A program made the position numbers and the translations under genes. Of a stretch of 64,000 bases of DNA, positions 1 to 16,380 are shown one piece after another. Numbering within the stretch: position 1 is the first letter of the stretch; every line of letters begins with the position of its first letter. The notes below the pieces were generated by a model. The model saw nothing but the letters and a program-made list of their open reading frames with translations, was not told where the DNA came from and did not search any database. The DNA comes from Octopus sinensis (Eukaryota): positions 124,001-188,000 of the forward strand of contig NW_021836131.1 in NCBI RefSeq assembly GCF_006345805.1, given 5' to 3'.

Positions 1-170
1 TTGAATAATTCTCCATCAGTATACGGCTTCATGTGTGATGCAATCAAATGGCATATTTTCAACGAAGCCATTGTCGCATCATTTTTGGTAGCTCCACTTT
101 TGAAATGTGATGTTCTTTTCACATGTTTAGACTTCAAGCATAATTTTTAAATAAAGGTTATTCACAAAGT
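1..170 (-). mobile_element. hAT (Charlie/Buster-type) transposase N-terminal fragment
   Basis: Same sequence as 28243-28410, which reads ASLKICHFIASHMKPYTDGEL, a motif typical of GTF2IRD2/ZBED-like hAT transposases. Confidence 0.7.
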
Positions 171-1798
171 CACAGAAAATAGAGATAACTATCCTAAAAA
201 TATTTTGTATTTTGTAAATTTTTTTTTAAATATCTGGATCTGATTCCTGCGGTAACTATATAGATTTTTGAGAAGGTTTTCCAAAAAGAGAAATACGATG
301 CTGTCATCGACATTGTGATAATTTAGTAGAGTTATTTGAAATTTACAAAAGCGGAGAAAATGCATATTATATAACCTGTTGGCATCCGAATTTGAAATTA
401 TTTAAATTGGGAATTGTCGTAGAGAAATCATTCTGTAATCTTTTCTTGTCTTTAATTTGACTGTTATAACTGGCTTTCTGTTTGAAACAGAAAAGTTAAC
501 TTTATCTACAGAATAAACTTAATTTAAAGTTCAACTGAATCCATATATGTATCGGAACTAACCTGTCTGCGTACGCAGTCTAGCAGACTGCGAAATCATC
601 TAATCAAGAGTTTCTCAAGTTTTTTAACGCCGGGCCAAATCGACAATTAACCATTCTCTTCCGGACAGCAAAATAAATTAATTGGAAACTTTCATTAATT
701 TTTAACCAATTGGTAACTAATTTGTCATAACACGGAATATAGGAGGCACATGCAACAGTTGACATAAGTGATCAGTCAATTTATTGCGTTATTTATTTTC
801 ATGTGAATCATTTTACTGAAAATTAACTCATATAAATAAGTTTATCCAAACATTGAAGCATATTTATAAGCATTTATAAGTATATTCGGATATTTTTTTG
901 GAAGTGAACTATAAATTCCATCATATTTTCAATCTTTACAATTTAAGTAAATTCCACATCTGATTGAAGGTCTATTAATTCTAATTAGAGTGATGAGGGA
1001 GCATTCTTAGGATCTATATTGTATGGCGCTGCAAAAATTTTAATTGAGGTCAAAATTTCATCAAAATTCTTAAAGTGAACTTAATTTTAATAAACCTTGG
1101 AACGTTTTTCCAATTCAAAAATAAGGTGACTGATAATGGTATTATATTTTTCAAATGAACCGTTGACTTTATTTTCGCTCAAAAAGTAAAATGAATCGTA
1201 TGTTTGAGCATTATTTGATCTTTCCAAAGTTTATATCCAATTGATTATCACTTTTATTGGGTTTGATTCCTATTTTTCTGATAAATTTGATGCACAGTTA
1301 TAATGATCTGCTTGTAGTTTCACTGATAAGTGTAGGTTTTCTGTCATTTACTTCTTTCCTGGTCTTGCAAGTTGGCCACTTGATTGTGTTGATAAAAAGC
1401 ATCTTCAATAAGTTCAACTACCAATTTCAAAATAGATAATTACAGTGACAATTCTATAATTATTGCCAAAATTTAGTCTTTCACAATTTATCGAATCATT
1501 GAAAATTGGTTTATCTTTTATTTTGGAAACAATACAATCGATCTGAAATATATCTTTTTCTACGGGTTCGAAAGTCTAAAACATGTCATAGTTTTTATAT
1601 AGCGAAGTTAAAATTAATTGTTGCACAGAAATGACCGAAGGCATCGGAGATATTGTGGCATAAAACGCTAGTGTTTTTATCAAATTTTGATTTGCAGGTT
1701 TGAAATGAATTTTTAGGCAATATACTTAAAGATTTAAATAATTTTAAAATAAGATATAATTTTTTGAATTTTTTAATAATATTCTTGTGACGTTCTCA

Positions 1799-4737
1799 AT
1801 GAGTGTTAATGCAAAAAGTAAATCTTGTTATATATAAAAGTCTAGAAATTTTAAATGATTTAACTGATGAAAAATTTAACAAAGATCAATTTATCGAAGA
1901 AGCAATAAAGTCGGGAAAAATTTCCATCTATTTGTCAGACCTGGCAAGCACAATAAATATAATCGACAAGGAAATTCACAAAGAAGTAAATAATCCGTCA
2001 TAAAATTAAAGATACAAAACAACGAATCAGAATTAATAGCACACGCACTAAAACTTGAAAACATTGAAGGTAATAAATATAAAAATATTTTTAGACGAGT
2101 TGATAACATTAAAAAATTGCTCCGAAACTTTAAAATCTTCGTTTTTTCAGTTATTATATTCTGACATTTTAGTTCTTACCAAAGAAGTAATGATCTATAT
2201 GGACTTTTGAGCCATTCAAACCTCGTTCTTTCCCGAGCACATGTTGTACTATTTAAAAAATTTTAGGAATATTGCTCTATTTTACGCAGAATTAACGCAC
2301 TTGTTACAAATATTGTGATCATTGATGGGTTCATCGCACAATTTCGTTCAGGAGATTCATCCTCTCTTTTATCCGCAGTTTCCGAATTGTCAAAAACAGG
2401 TTGTGTTTTTTTGATTGAAAAATGATTTAGATGTGCTTTTGGAGGATATAAAATTGGAGAATATATTATTAGTTTCTGAACTAAAACAACACTTATCTGA
2501 TGCCCGCGAGTTTATAATACAAAGTGCCCTTGATATCATTACAAATGGGGTTTTGAAAGAGGTTTGAGTTAAGTTTCTATTAAAAAGGACCAATCTTTGG
2601 TTCTTTTCGGAATAAAAACACTTATGGTCAAACTGGGGCATGTTTTGCCTTCTTTTATACAAGATTTATTCGCAAAGTTTTCAACTAATACAACATTTTT
2701 GGTTGAAAATCCAGAAAAAGGTTTTAAATTTGTTTTAATAGTAAAGTAAATCGGAATAATTGTTTAATTGAATTTGAGAAAATATTCAAAGAAGCTCTGA
2801 CTGTCTGGAAAATTGTTTTATGTCAATAAAATATTTTTTAGGCTGATTTACTTGAGAAATGCTTGATTTTATACTTTGAGAGCATTTCAGGCGATTCTTT
2901 GACATATTTTCAAGTTTCATGTTACTTAAAATATTTGTCAGGCTGTTGAGGTCCTGCAATCTTATGATCTGAGTCTCAAGTTTAAAGTTGTACAAAAACT
3001 GTGCGTGGATTTGTCTCTGATTTTAAAAAAGGCTTTTAAAGGTCGTTTTTATTAAATATTTTAAAAGATCCACTTTTAAAGGATTACATTGAGAAACAAT
3101 ATGCAATGATCCATAAATGCATATTTGAGTTTGTTGAAAAAACTTTGATTCATATGAATTGTAATAATTTGGCAAAAATGAAATCGACAAAAGAAATTGG
3201 TTTTTCATTAGTTATTAAAGAAAATGAATTTAAGGAGTCGTTTTTATTGATGTATTTTCTGTATATTTAAAACATTATAGGTTGGAAGAACCAGTCTTTA
3301 GTGTTTTCAAATTAGTAGAGGGGTCATATTTATCAAGAAAATTTAAAAAATTGAATAATCTCATAAATACTACGTTTATTGACAAACGTTTTGGTTCATG
3401 TTATACTACTGATGATATCAACAGCATTTTTGGGGAATTAAAAAAGTAATTTTTGCTTTTTTGCTGATTTTATATTTATAAAATAAATTAAATATAGACA
3501 AATAAGAGATTGCAAAAATGAGTATTTGGGGTCGACCAGGTTGTCTAAGCTCATTGCAGAAAACGTAATATCCAAAAATATTAATTTCATTCGTTCTAAA
3601 ATGGATAAATATGTTTATATATTAATTTATTTTAAAGTGTATTGATATGATTGGTGATGTTTGTTCGCCTACGTCCTCTAAATTACAGAATCTACATATA
3701 GCCACTCTAAACTTTGCTTATGATTTATACTGTCTTATAAATAAGGTCAGATTTTAATTCGGATTATTTTATCTTTAGACTATTGAAAGTTTTAAAGATG
3801 ATATTTCGAGTGAGGTTATCTCGATTATACTAGCCGCTAATAAAGTATTATAATATTTATTATTTAGACACTGTATTTACACGTTGAAGAGGAGATAAGC
3901 ATTTTAATGTCAATTTTTGCCATTAAAGTAAGAATTATATTTATGGGAATGAAATTGTCTAATTATTCGAGGTTTTTGACTTGTTCTAAACAGTTTCTTA
4001 GTTTTAATGGAAAAATTGATCCCGTCGTTCAGAAATCAGGTTTTATAAATCAACTAGAGGACTATTTTGAAGAAACTATTTCAGGAACACTTTCAAAGTA
4101 TAAATGTGGGCAAATTATAAGCAAACAGTATAAATTATATTTTTTATTTTAGACTTGAATTTTTTATTTCCTCCTTAGTAGACTTGTTTATTTGGAAAAT
4201 AACCATGTGTTCTCGTCCTATCCAATCTTTCGGATTGCAAAAAATTCAAATAGATTTTTCTCGATTAGAATTGATCTTAAACTTGCTCATTTTGAATTTC
4301 AGTATCAGCACGTGTTCAAAAATGAAGGAGTTCAATCTTTTTCGGTTTTATTTGTATTTTTGGAGTTATTAAGTTTGATTACAAATCAAATCGTCGAGGA
4401 AACAGTAATTAAAGTGGATTTTGATGGGATTGATGTTGAAAATGCTAAAATAATTTCTTATCTGATTACATTTGGCCCAGAAGAAATGAATACTCCCTAT
4501 AAAGTAATAATTATATCTGTAAACAATAGATATCGATGATGAATGCTGAAGATTATTTAAATTTTGTGCAAATTAATTCGAATATGGAACATGTTCGTGG
4601 TTTGGTCAGGTTTTCGTGTATATTGAGGTTAAAGGATGTGCCTTGAAGATTATGTTCGCTACGTTCATCAACAAAATCTCAAAGAATATCATTTTATCTA
4701 TCCTTCAATTAATAATTTATTTCCTGAATTTCTTTAA
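1799..4737 (+). CDS. COG5: Conserved oligomeric Golgi complex subunit 5, multi-exon with micro-introns; a few homopolymer frame breaks
   Basis: Spliced exons give DLTDEKFNKDQFIEEAIKSGKISIYLSDLASTINIIDKEIHKE, LRRINALVTN...DIKLENILLVSELKQHLSDAREFIIQSALDIITNG, SRPIQSFGLQKIQIDFSRLEL, YLITFGPEEMNTPYK and MCLEDYVRYVHQQNLKEYHFIYP. These follow animal COG5 motifs in order. The start codon is inferred. Confidence 0.75.
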
Positions 4738-5282
4738 AAATTATTTAATATTAAAGTATTTTTTTCAATTTTATTTTTAATTTTACAAGGGTTTCGTTAG
4801 GAGCTCCTAACGAATACACTTCACTCTTCTAAGAAAAACTTTTTTTGAATGAGTTTTTTTCTTGTTTGCTTGTTCCCAAAGCCAATACTAAGGATAAGAT
4901 ACGTAAAATGAATTTTCTGGATTGTTTAATTATTTTTTCAAATTTCGAAATATTTCCATTCTTTTCAATGTTTTTCTACGTTTTTTAAAATATGAAATAT
5001 AAAATTTTGACTCTTCGACATATTTCTAAATTTATTATAGACCATAAATAATATTTTTTGAATCTTGATTTTATCGTGAACCAAATTTTTAAATATTGGC
5101 ATTCTATTCAATGTCTTTCTACGTTTTTTAATTATAACAAGCAATTTAGATTGGGTTTATTTTTTGATGAAAATGGTTAACAGCTATCAATGCATAGAAA
5201 TATAAGTTAGTCTTGTATTTTAGATAAACTAAAAAATTTGAAAAATCTCATTTAAGAACAAAAGTAGATCAGTTTAAACATT

Positions 5283-8261
<2,979 letters not shown>

Positions 8262-9289
8262 TTCATGTCTTTCCTTTAATATCACTAATTGGACAGGCAC
8301 TTTACTTTCTTTCTAATTAAATAAAAATTATCGATGAATTATTATTTGGTTTTAATCACAAAATGATAATACAAGAACCGTAGCCTTGTAACTCATGGCA
8401 ATTCATTGTATAACTCTTCAGACCAACATACACTTTATATAATTATGTTTTACCGATCTACGATCAAATAATATCTCTAAATGATATTTCATGCAGAATT
8501 AAAATATGATTAATTTTTTAAGTAGAAAATATATTCTTAACCTTAAAAAAAAGACGACAATAAAGTAGATATCAAAATTTTACGCAAACTTACTTCTTAA
8601 TACGTTCCAAGTCATTACTATCAATTCCTAGCTCACCTCTTATGTTATTGTATGAAAATAAAGAAAATGATGAATGCTGTTTTTTTATTAGTATTTAACT
8701 ATTTTTCATTGAATCTCCTTTTTTAATCATTGAATGACACTAAGTATATATATCGAGCATATTATAAATAATCTCTTAAACAGGAAAAACAATGATAACT
8801 TAATGTAACTAAAGTTGATCAGAACAATAGGTAATCATTTAATATTCATTTGTCCCTATCATTTCATCATATCAGAAAATTTTATACTATTGAAATGTAC
8901 GCTATGATCCATTAATTAGCGATATTATGTTACTTTCCGGATTGACCAAATAAACAAATTTGGGCACATAAGAAAGTACAACTAAATACAAAACACATGT
9001 GATTTTTATCTATCATTTTTAGTATAAAATATATTTTAAATATCGCAATATAAATAAACTATATTCAAAAATTAACTACATAATATTCGTGACTACAAAG
9101 TTAAATCAGCCAAGAATCATGTTATTTACTTGTGATAGATCAAAATTTATAATAGGGTCAAATCTCTATTGCTCGACAAATTCCAAATTTCGTCACTATT
9201 TTTTAGTATTAAAAAGACCTGAAGTTTAATAAAAAACGCATAATAGCATACATCGATGATAATAAATATGACAATCGAACATAGAGCCT

Positions 9290-9940
9290 CTGTTTTTTCT
9301 TCAATTTTGAGAAAAACAATTTCACGAAGATCAATTAATGATCTCAGGCTTGATAAAGAAAAATACTTGATAGTGATCCTCCTTTCTCAAGCAAAAAACG
9401 CCTATTCAATCTAACATATTCAACTATTGATAAAGAAGTTATGACATGGATGGAACACATCGAAATTCGTGGAGGATTCTTGGAAGACAATTCTATTTTT
9501 TTGAAAGCGCAAAAAGTCGCCGATTTACATGAAATTACTGATTTCAAGGCTAGCAATGGCTGGCTTTCTAAATTCAAAAACGGAATAATATTGAGTTAAG
9601 AATTTTTCATGGAAAGTCTTATATGAAAGTCTTAAACTTTAAGACGAAGCCAATTCTTTTATTTCAGTAATTTGCACAATATTACAAGAATTCTTGCTAA
9701 ACAACCACAGGGAATCTCATTTAAAGCAAACTTTAACAAATTTAAATTTGAGGCGATGTTAGACAAAATTGAGAATGGAACTGATCCTATCGATTCACAT
9801 AAAAAGCTGAATTTAAAAGACGGCCTTCTGTTTACGCATTTTGGATAGAACAATGTTACTCAACAAACAATTGCGAATTGTTTCAGGAATGGCAAATGGA
9901 TTATTATTAATAGCACGTACACAGAACCAAAGAAATGTTG
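9290..9940 (+). mobile_element. Degenerate pogo/Tigger transposase remnant
   Basis: Plus strand reads LKAQKVADLHEITDFKASNGWLSKFK (CENP-B-type HTH) and KFKFEAMLDKIENGTDPIDSHKKLNLKDGLLF, similar to the pogo C-terminus at 55341-55936. It has stops and frameshifts. Confidence 0.75.
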
Positions 9941-9946
9941 ATTTAG

Positions 9947-11700
9947 CTAAGGTCCCGTTTGTGCCGCACGTTCAGAAATCTTGTTCACCAGGCGTCTCCA
10001 TCGGGGTCTGCTTTGAGCATATACTCGTAGGTCTTCAAGGTCGTCAGCACATTCAAGTTTTCTTCCAATTCCGTTGAGATCCTTGTTTAGTGCAAAAGGG
10101 AGAGTGACCCTGGGCATTCCTTTGAACGGTGTTTTGTTGTTATTGTTAAAGTAATCATCCACTATCGTGTTTTGGTGTGTTTACGTCCATCCTAAGTACG
10201 TGTCCAAACAGCCTTCATCTATAATATCGACGCTTATTGGCACCGATCGTGTCATAGCGTATAATTTTCTGTTAGAAATCTTTTTTGGTCATCCTAGGAC
10301 CAGTAGATTGCCTAGTTGTTTTCTGCGAAACGTGTCCATTTTATGTAACTCTGCCTCTATGACACCCCAGGTACCCAAGTTGTAGTTTATACTAGTTTTA
10401 TATATGAGTTGTACAGCTTTAGCTTGAGGTTTGTTTTTTGAAGTTTTTGATGATTCCATATCTTTTGCATTTTCTTGTACACTGCAGAGGCTAAAACTCT
10501 CCGGAACATCATGTCCTCACCATCACCAAGTAATTATCCCAATTTCCTTTTTTTCCTCCAATTTTCATCAATATATTTCGATTCCCTTGCGATTCTTAAG
10601 AGTTCAGTCTTATCTTGATTAACGTGCAAACCCCATCTCTCGAATTCGTCCGGAATTTTTTTCAAAACAGATGCAAGTTCATGATAATTTTCTGACACAA
10701 TGTCTATATCGTCTGCATATATAATTTCCATCGACATCGATCCTTCGCACTTTGTTCTGAGATCTCTCAGTGCTGCCTCCAGGTATACTATGAATAGAAC
10801 CAGAGATAGAGAGTCCCCCTGAGGTGTTCCAATTGTTGTCCCGAAAGGATTTGATAACTCGTTTCCTTTCTTTATTCCTTCAGGCACTGAGTCCCAAACC
10901 ACTGCAAAGGGATTTTCCATATTTACGTTCATAATTTGTTTCTTAATTGCCATACAGTAATTTTCGCGAGTTTTCTCACATAAACATAATTGTTTCAGCG
11001 TAAAACGGTTTGTACTGATTTTTTTCTTTCGAACTCCATCTATTCCAAAGTACCTTTTCATTCTGAATCTTGAAACAAGCAGTTTATGATCACTATAAGT
11101 GATGGTGCCTCCATAGCTGCGGGAGTTTGTTAATAATGCACAAAGAGATCTTTTGTATAATATATAGTCTATTTAGTTTTATGTCTCGTTTTGTGTTCGA
11201 AAGCCAAATTACAAATGAAGTAATCGAACAAGTAGCAGAACTGTACAAGCGATTCCTCTGAAATATTTCTTCTTTCTCTGGCATGCCTGCCCATACAGGG
11301 TTCTCTCCAAGGACAATGACCCACTTTCGCATTCCAATCTTCACATATGAAATCATAAAAAAGGCTTTGAGGTCAGAGATAGTTTCTGTCAGTGACATGT
11401 AAAACAAATCAAGTTCGTCGGGGTTTGTGGAAACCTTTGCCATTTCAGGAGCGTAGACGTTAATTATGGATATAAAGGACTCATCCGACTTCCCACTTTC
11501 TATCTGAAAGACTGCTATTCTGATCCTCCACACTCTGTGGACTCTCCCTTTAAGACAACGATGTATAGCAAAGCCAAGTCCGTAGTGGTTACATTCGGAG
11601 TTTAGCAGTCTATACTCTCAGTAATTCTCCTCAGCTGCATTTTTCACTTTAGTCTCCTATATGCTGCATATGGTGACCTTATATGATGTTAAATCATGTG
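9947..11700 (-). mobile_element. RTE-clade non-LTR retrotransposon, fragmented (endonuclease, RT and C-terminal pieces)
   Basis: IINVYAP (apurinic endonuclease), IGTPQGDSLS and EIIYADDID (RT), KRKLGSL, and FNNNNKTPFKGMPRVTLP (C-terminus). Confidence 0.9.
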
Positions 11701-12584
11701 TAAATCCTTCTTTTTCTGGTCTTCTTTAAACCTCGGACATTAAATGACGCTAAAGTGAACTCATTATTCGAAACGTGCGAAAAAGACATTTGTTTTAAGA
11801 ACGATATCACCATTTCAACGAATATTAATTCAGAAGAAACATTGAAAATGTTAAAGAAATTAAAGAACTTTTATTATCAAAATAAAAATTTTGATATAAA
11901 TTCACTTGAGGTAATGAAACTTACATATTGAAAAAAACTATTGATGATTATTTTCATTAATTTTTGTAAACAATTTAATTCTTAACTTTTTTTTACAATT
12001 TAAAACCGTAAAATATTTATTGTTCGTCAAATTCTAAATCTCGTCAGGATTTAGCCGGTCCTAAAATGGCGAAACTTAGAGGTTTTGCTGGATCTAGAAA
12101 GTTTGTTTTGAAGGTCATCAAAAATTTGATTGGACCAAAGATAAAATATACGGTAAAAAGTTTCTAACCAATTTAGATTATTCTTTGCCTTGACTTGTAA
12201 TCTTGCAAAATAAATATATGTTGTGGATACGTATTCTTCATGTCATCGGTTATATAAAGATTTATTATTGTTCTGTTTCCTGTTACTTTCTTATAACGCT
12301 ATATCTTTTAGATTTTTCTAAAACATTAATAAACATTTTTATCGAAGATCAGAAGAATATGGTATCGTTCTTTATTTACCAAATATTCAATTAAAAAATT
12401 TACTTGTATAGTAAATTATTTCATTTTTATATATTTTATGACTGCTGAAACTTACACAAATATAAGTGTTAGCTGATTCTTATTCTTGAAATTAAATGCA
12501 AACTAATCTAAGCGCTACTCGAATATAAGTCTTATCAATTTTATATTTTTATTTTTTGGAATTATTTATTAAAAAACTAATAAA

Positions 12585-12971
12585 GTGGAGAAATTTCACA
12601 AATACGACCTCCTTGCAAACGAACTGTCGGTTCTCTATGAAGCAAAAGTGAAGATTATTCCAATTGTCTTGACATGGGATGGAGTTGTCTTAAAGTTCTT
12701 TAAAAGTCATATGGACAAGTTATCCATTGAAGAAGGAACGAGGACATACATCCAGTCCGTTGTGCCGAAGAGGACGCTGGAGAGTATGCTTATCGAGCAC
12801 AGACATGGGATGAAGGTAGACAAAGAGCAGTACGCCTCTGCCGCCAATCAACTTGCGGAGCTGGCATGTCGTGAGGACACTCAATTGAATAAATTCATTG
12901 ACGCAGAAATAGAGAATAAAAGAAAGTTTATGAAAAACTCTTCTTTTAAGCGAAGAAGAGAAATCACTTAA
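12585..12971 (+). mobile_element. 3' fragment of an RLE-type (R2/R4/NeSL-like) non-LTR retrotransposon
   Basis: EKFHKYDLLANELSVLYEAKVKIIPIVLTWDG...YIQSVV.KRTLES resembles the C-terminal restriction-like endonuclease region. It is 5'-truncated. Confidence 0.7.
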
Positions 12972-13314
12972 GATCTGGATTTTTAATTAGCTAGTTTCAC
13001 GTGGTTGTTTTCCTTGCTAAATGTTCTTTAGTATTAGAAGACCAATATAACTTTCAGCAAATATAAGTTTAAGGAAAATCTATTTTTTTGAATGCTTCAT
13101 TTTTGCAATCTTTTGATAGTGCCATTAATAAGCTATTTAAAAACTATTTAGTATAAAAATAAAAAAATTTATTGAGCCGAAAAAAATCAGAAAAGAAATC
13201 CCATAAAATAGAATTTTGTATAAGTATTGGGCTGAGAGAATATTTCAGATAATTGTGTTTGTACCTCCTTTACGGTGGGCTATTTCGATATCGTTTAAAG
13301 AGTTTCGCCGTTTG

Positions 13315-13820
13315 TTATGTCCTGTTCATTATTTTCCCATTATATAGTAAATTCATGCTGCTGTGCAGGATGTGGAGGGGGGAGTGCTCGTGGAGGAAGA
13401 GTGAGTAGATCTGGTAGGCCAGCACGGGCAGTCCGTAGGGAAAGTGTGTAGGCTGGAAATGGGTGAAACACTCTACGAGGAGTGCGAATAGCTGAGTGAG
13501 CATACCATTTACCAATTCACTCGCCCTCCCTCTTCTCAGCACATATCCCAAAAATATGTAACTCAGTGTCGGGTTGTGCAGCACTGTCTTGTAGTTGGAC
13601 ATGTCCATCCACGACCTGTACGCGAATGACTACACTCTCCACACACTTCACCTTCCTACCCACTCCATCCACTTGCTCCACGTCGCCTACATTTACATTT
13701 CTTATTACTTTCCGGGTACATCTCACTTCCTATCGCCACTGACATTTTCTTCTTGCACGCCTGTCTTCGTTGACCCGATCCATTAAACATCCTCCACTGC
13801 GTCTCGACCGCAATTACCGT
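13315..13820 (-). CDS. Unidentified GC-rich coding region, possibly membrane-associated; strand and exons uncertain
   Basis: The 97-99 aa ORF is open in both duplicates, and the copies differ by an in-frame 27-bp indel (near 13613 vs 60912). A candidate 30-nt intron gtaggaag...gtgtag is present. No family recognised. Confidence 0.4.
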
Positions 13821-14307
13821 ACCAAGAATAATGCTAATCAGTCCTCATTTATTATTAACTAATATTCAATCTATTTTATTGTTATTCCTGTTTTGTTCAG
13901 ACTCCCCTTTTATAATCCCGTGCTTCTATGCAGAGGATCGACTCCACCAACCAACCTGGTTCTCTCCATAACAAAGTATGCTCTCTGGACACCAAGTACT
14001 CTAATATTTACATAATGGAACGGAACCAAATATCAAAATTCTAATAAACAGCTGTTCCGTTTTTCAATGCCCTAAAAATTCACTAAAGCCAGAAATGTAG
14101 TCAACTGGCATAAAGAGGAGAGTGTTGACTGAAAAGAAGACTTGTTTGCTTCCAAGGAGACGCACAATCCACGAACCCGATTAGTGGCAGTCACAAGGTG
14201 TGTCGGAATAAGGATAATTATTAATTATATTTGTGTAACTACAAACAAACATGTTGGGCGGAATACAATAAAATACATTCTGAGCGAACATTGTCGGGTA
14301 GCAACCA

Positions 14308-15103
14308 ATGACGGAGATTTTACTCAACTTGGATGCGTGCAAGGAGGGGTTCGGGTTTGGGCTGATTGAGGACGAGGAAACAAAGAGTCAACGCATCTCG
14401 AACATCGTCCCTCAAAGTCCAGCGGAAATGTCAGGACTGCAGGAAGGGGACAAAGTGCTGATGATTGATAAATATGACATCAACAAGTTGTCCCACAAAA
14501 AAGCCCTCTGCAAAATCAAAAAATCCAAAAGAAGCTGCGCCTAAAAATATTGCGAAGAGAAGGTCGAGGAGTGCTGGAGAGAGTGCCCGAGGGACAGAGT
14601 GAGGGACATCCGAGGAAGTAGTAGTGCAACAATGTGAGGAGGGATTAGAACGAGTGCCTGAGGGTGTTCCCGAGGGAGTGCTGGAGAGAGTGCCCGAATC
14701 AGAGTGTTTACAGACTGATGATGGAATAGTGAAGGAGTGTGCACTGGTGAGTGAAGAAATAATAGTGGAAGGAGCGTATTCAGCCCGAGATTGCGAAGTG
14801 AGGGCGAAGGAGGGTTGCACTTTCGGGTTCACATTGGTGATGAACGAGGACAAGCACCTCATCGCTAACGTCATTGCCAATTCTCCGGCGGCTGACGCGG
14901 GTATGCGGGAGGGAGACATTGTGGTGCAGGTGAACGACGTGAACGTGGAGAAGATGGAGCACGAGGAGGTGGTCGAGCTGATAAAAGGGAGAGAAGGGAG
15001 TGTGAGTCTGCTGGTGGTGGACGAGTGTGCGTATCAGTACTTCTTTGACAGGAAATTGACTATTTCGAGTGAGTGCGTCGAACATGTCACCAACTTTGGT
15101 TGA
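14308..15103 (+). CDS. Tandem-PDZ scaffold protein, NHERF/PDZK1-like; two 1-nt homopolymer deletions split the ORF
   Basis: PDZ1 EGFGFGL...IVPQSPAEMSGLQEGDKVLMID and PDZ2 TFGFTL...VIANSPAADAGMREGDIVVQVNDVNVEKMEHEEVVELIK. The duplicate retains the extra a (aaatccaaaaagaag) and g (gaggggacatcc) that join the frames. Confidence 0.8.
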
Positions 15104-15317
15104 TTAACTGACTCACTCTCTAGTCCCCCTCGAGACACCCACATCCCCCCCCCCTCACACCCCCCCCTCACACCCCCTTCCTCCTCCACACCATTCCCGA
15201 CGACATCATCCGACTCAGGGACCAAATCGAGGCGAGACAGGGCAGTCGTGAGGCGGGTGGGGGGAATATTAAAAGTCTAGTCAAGACTATATCTCGGATG
15301 TAGTACTAACACTAATA

Positions 15318-15944
15318 TCATCGATATAAAAACGAGTCATAACAATTCCACTGACTAGGGGGTTCAGGGTACCCCAGGAAGTACGGACGGGGTATCGAGG
15401 GAAGCACTGGGGAGACCACGAACTGATGGTACTCGAATGATTCGGCTGGACGACTGGGGGCAGGGTAGACAGGGTAGGTTGGGGGGACTGCCCCCTTCAC
15501 CATTCGAGGCAACTCCCGTCGTCGGGCGTTGATGAACCTGAGTTGAGTGGGGCACAATACCAATTGTTCACTTGCAGAATTGTCAGCTTTGTTTGCTCAG
15601 ACAACTCGCGCTTCTCGTCCTCCGTCGGGTAGGGATGCTACGACCGTGGCAGCCAATACTCACCTCCATGTGCACACACAGCCACGTCCTCAACTTGAGG
15701 ATGACGTCCTTCGGAAACATTCCTCGCTTCTTTCGCGGTTTCCGAGTGTTGCTCACTGCAATAATAAGGCCACACATTTTCACATTCAGGGGAAGCCTCC
15801 GTTCCGTGCAATCTAAGGGGTTACTCACGTGCCATACTTGCTCGACTCGACTTGATTTGGAAACTGAAAAGATTAACTCATATCAGTGACATGTCAAAGC
15901 ATAGCAATACCAACCTCCGAGTTGTTCTGCTCACGATTCGACAT
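15318..15944 (-). CDS. TALE-class homeobox protein (Meis/PKNOX/TGIF-like); 5' exon structure uncertain
   Basis: Removing introns 15638-15663 (26 nt) and 15538-15560 (23 nt) gives [57 protein letters not shown], with the PYP loop and WFINARRR helix 3. Confidence 0.92.
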
Positions 15945-16330
15945 TTCGTGCCACAACTTGACGGCTATGACTTATAAGTCGACAGGAGCCGACCGCGACC
16001 GAAATATTTTTGACACGCAACAAACCATTCAAGGACTCATTTTTTGCATGTGCAATAGTACAATCAATAGTCGTGATCACGCAGCCTTATTAATACGCGA
16101 CCTTTCATTCACTAGTTTGACGTTAGGACCTTTGATCACTAATTGGTTTGACGGGGATTATCATTAACCACCATTCCACGGCCAGGCTAACATCCGGCTT
16201 CCTATTGGTTGGATGCTCCTACCGGACACACACATCCTCAAAACGAAGGCGGGTTATTGCGGAGCTCAACTAGACTTAGAAAATTGCTTTCGTGAGAACA
16301 AGTCCTCCAGTTGTAGAATAAGAGCAATCG

Positions 16331-16380
16331 CTGTCAATAATAATTAGATCTGTTTTCTTGCAGGGAATGTCACGTGACAG
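16331..16380. promoter_or_regulatory. Cluster of TGACA(G) motifs and an E-box palindrome upstream of the TALE gene
   Basis: ctgtca at 16331-16336 and the perfect 12-bp palindrome tgtcacgtgaca(g) at 16368-16380. CCAAT boxes lie on the minus strand near 16143 and 16205. Confidence 0.35.

Larger units (their letters stand above)
8861..15318 (+). repeat. Segmental duplication copy B (partner 55937-62815)
   Basis: atttcatca.atca.aaaattttatactattg at 8861 matches 55937. Shared sequence ends at tagtactaac.ctaatat (15318 / 62815). Confidence 0.95.

Noticed and set aside
150-1600. Possible intron-rich gene on the minus strand (also 28400-29850); similar unresolved stretches at 36960-37800, 39290-40500 and 45700-46350
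   Set aside because: There are exon-like patches, but I could not assemble a consistent frame or recognise a family.
13315-13608. Naming the unknown gene CLPTM1 or a RyR/IP3R fragment
   Set aside because: Only a few residues resemble them (Y.IYSL...EH; ILHSS...NGK) and the flanking motifs do not match.
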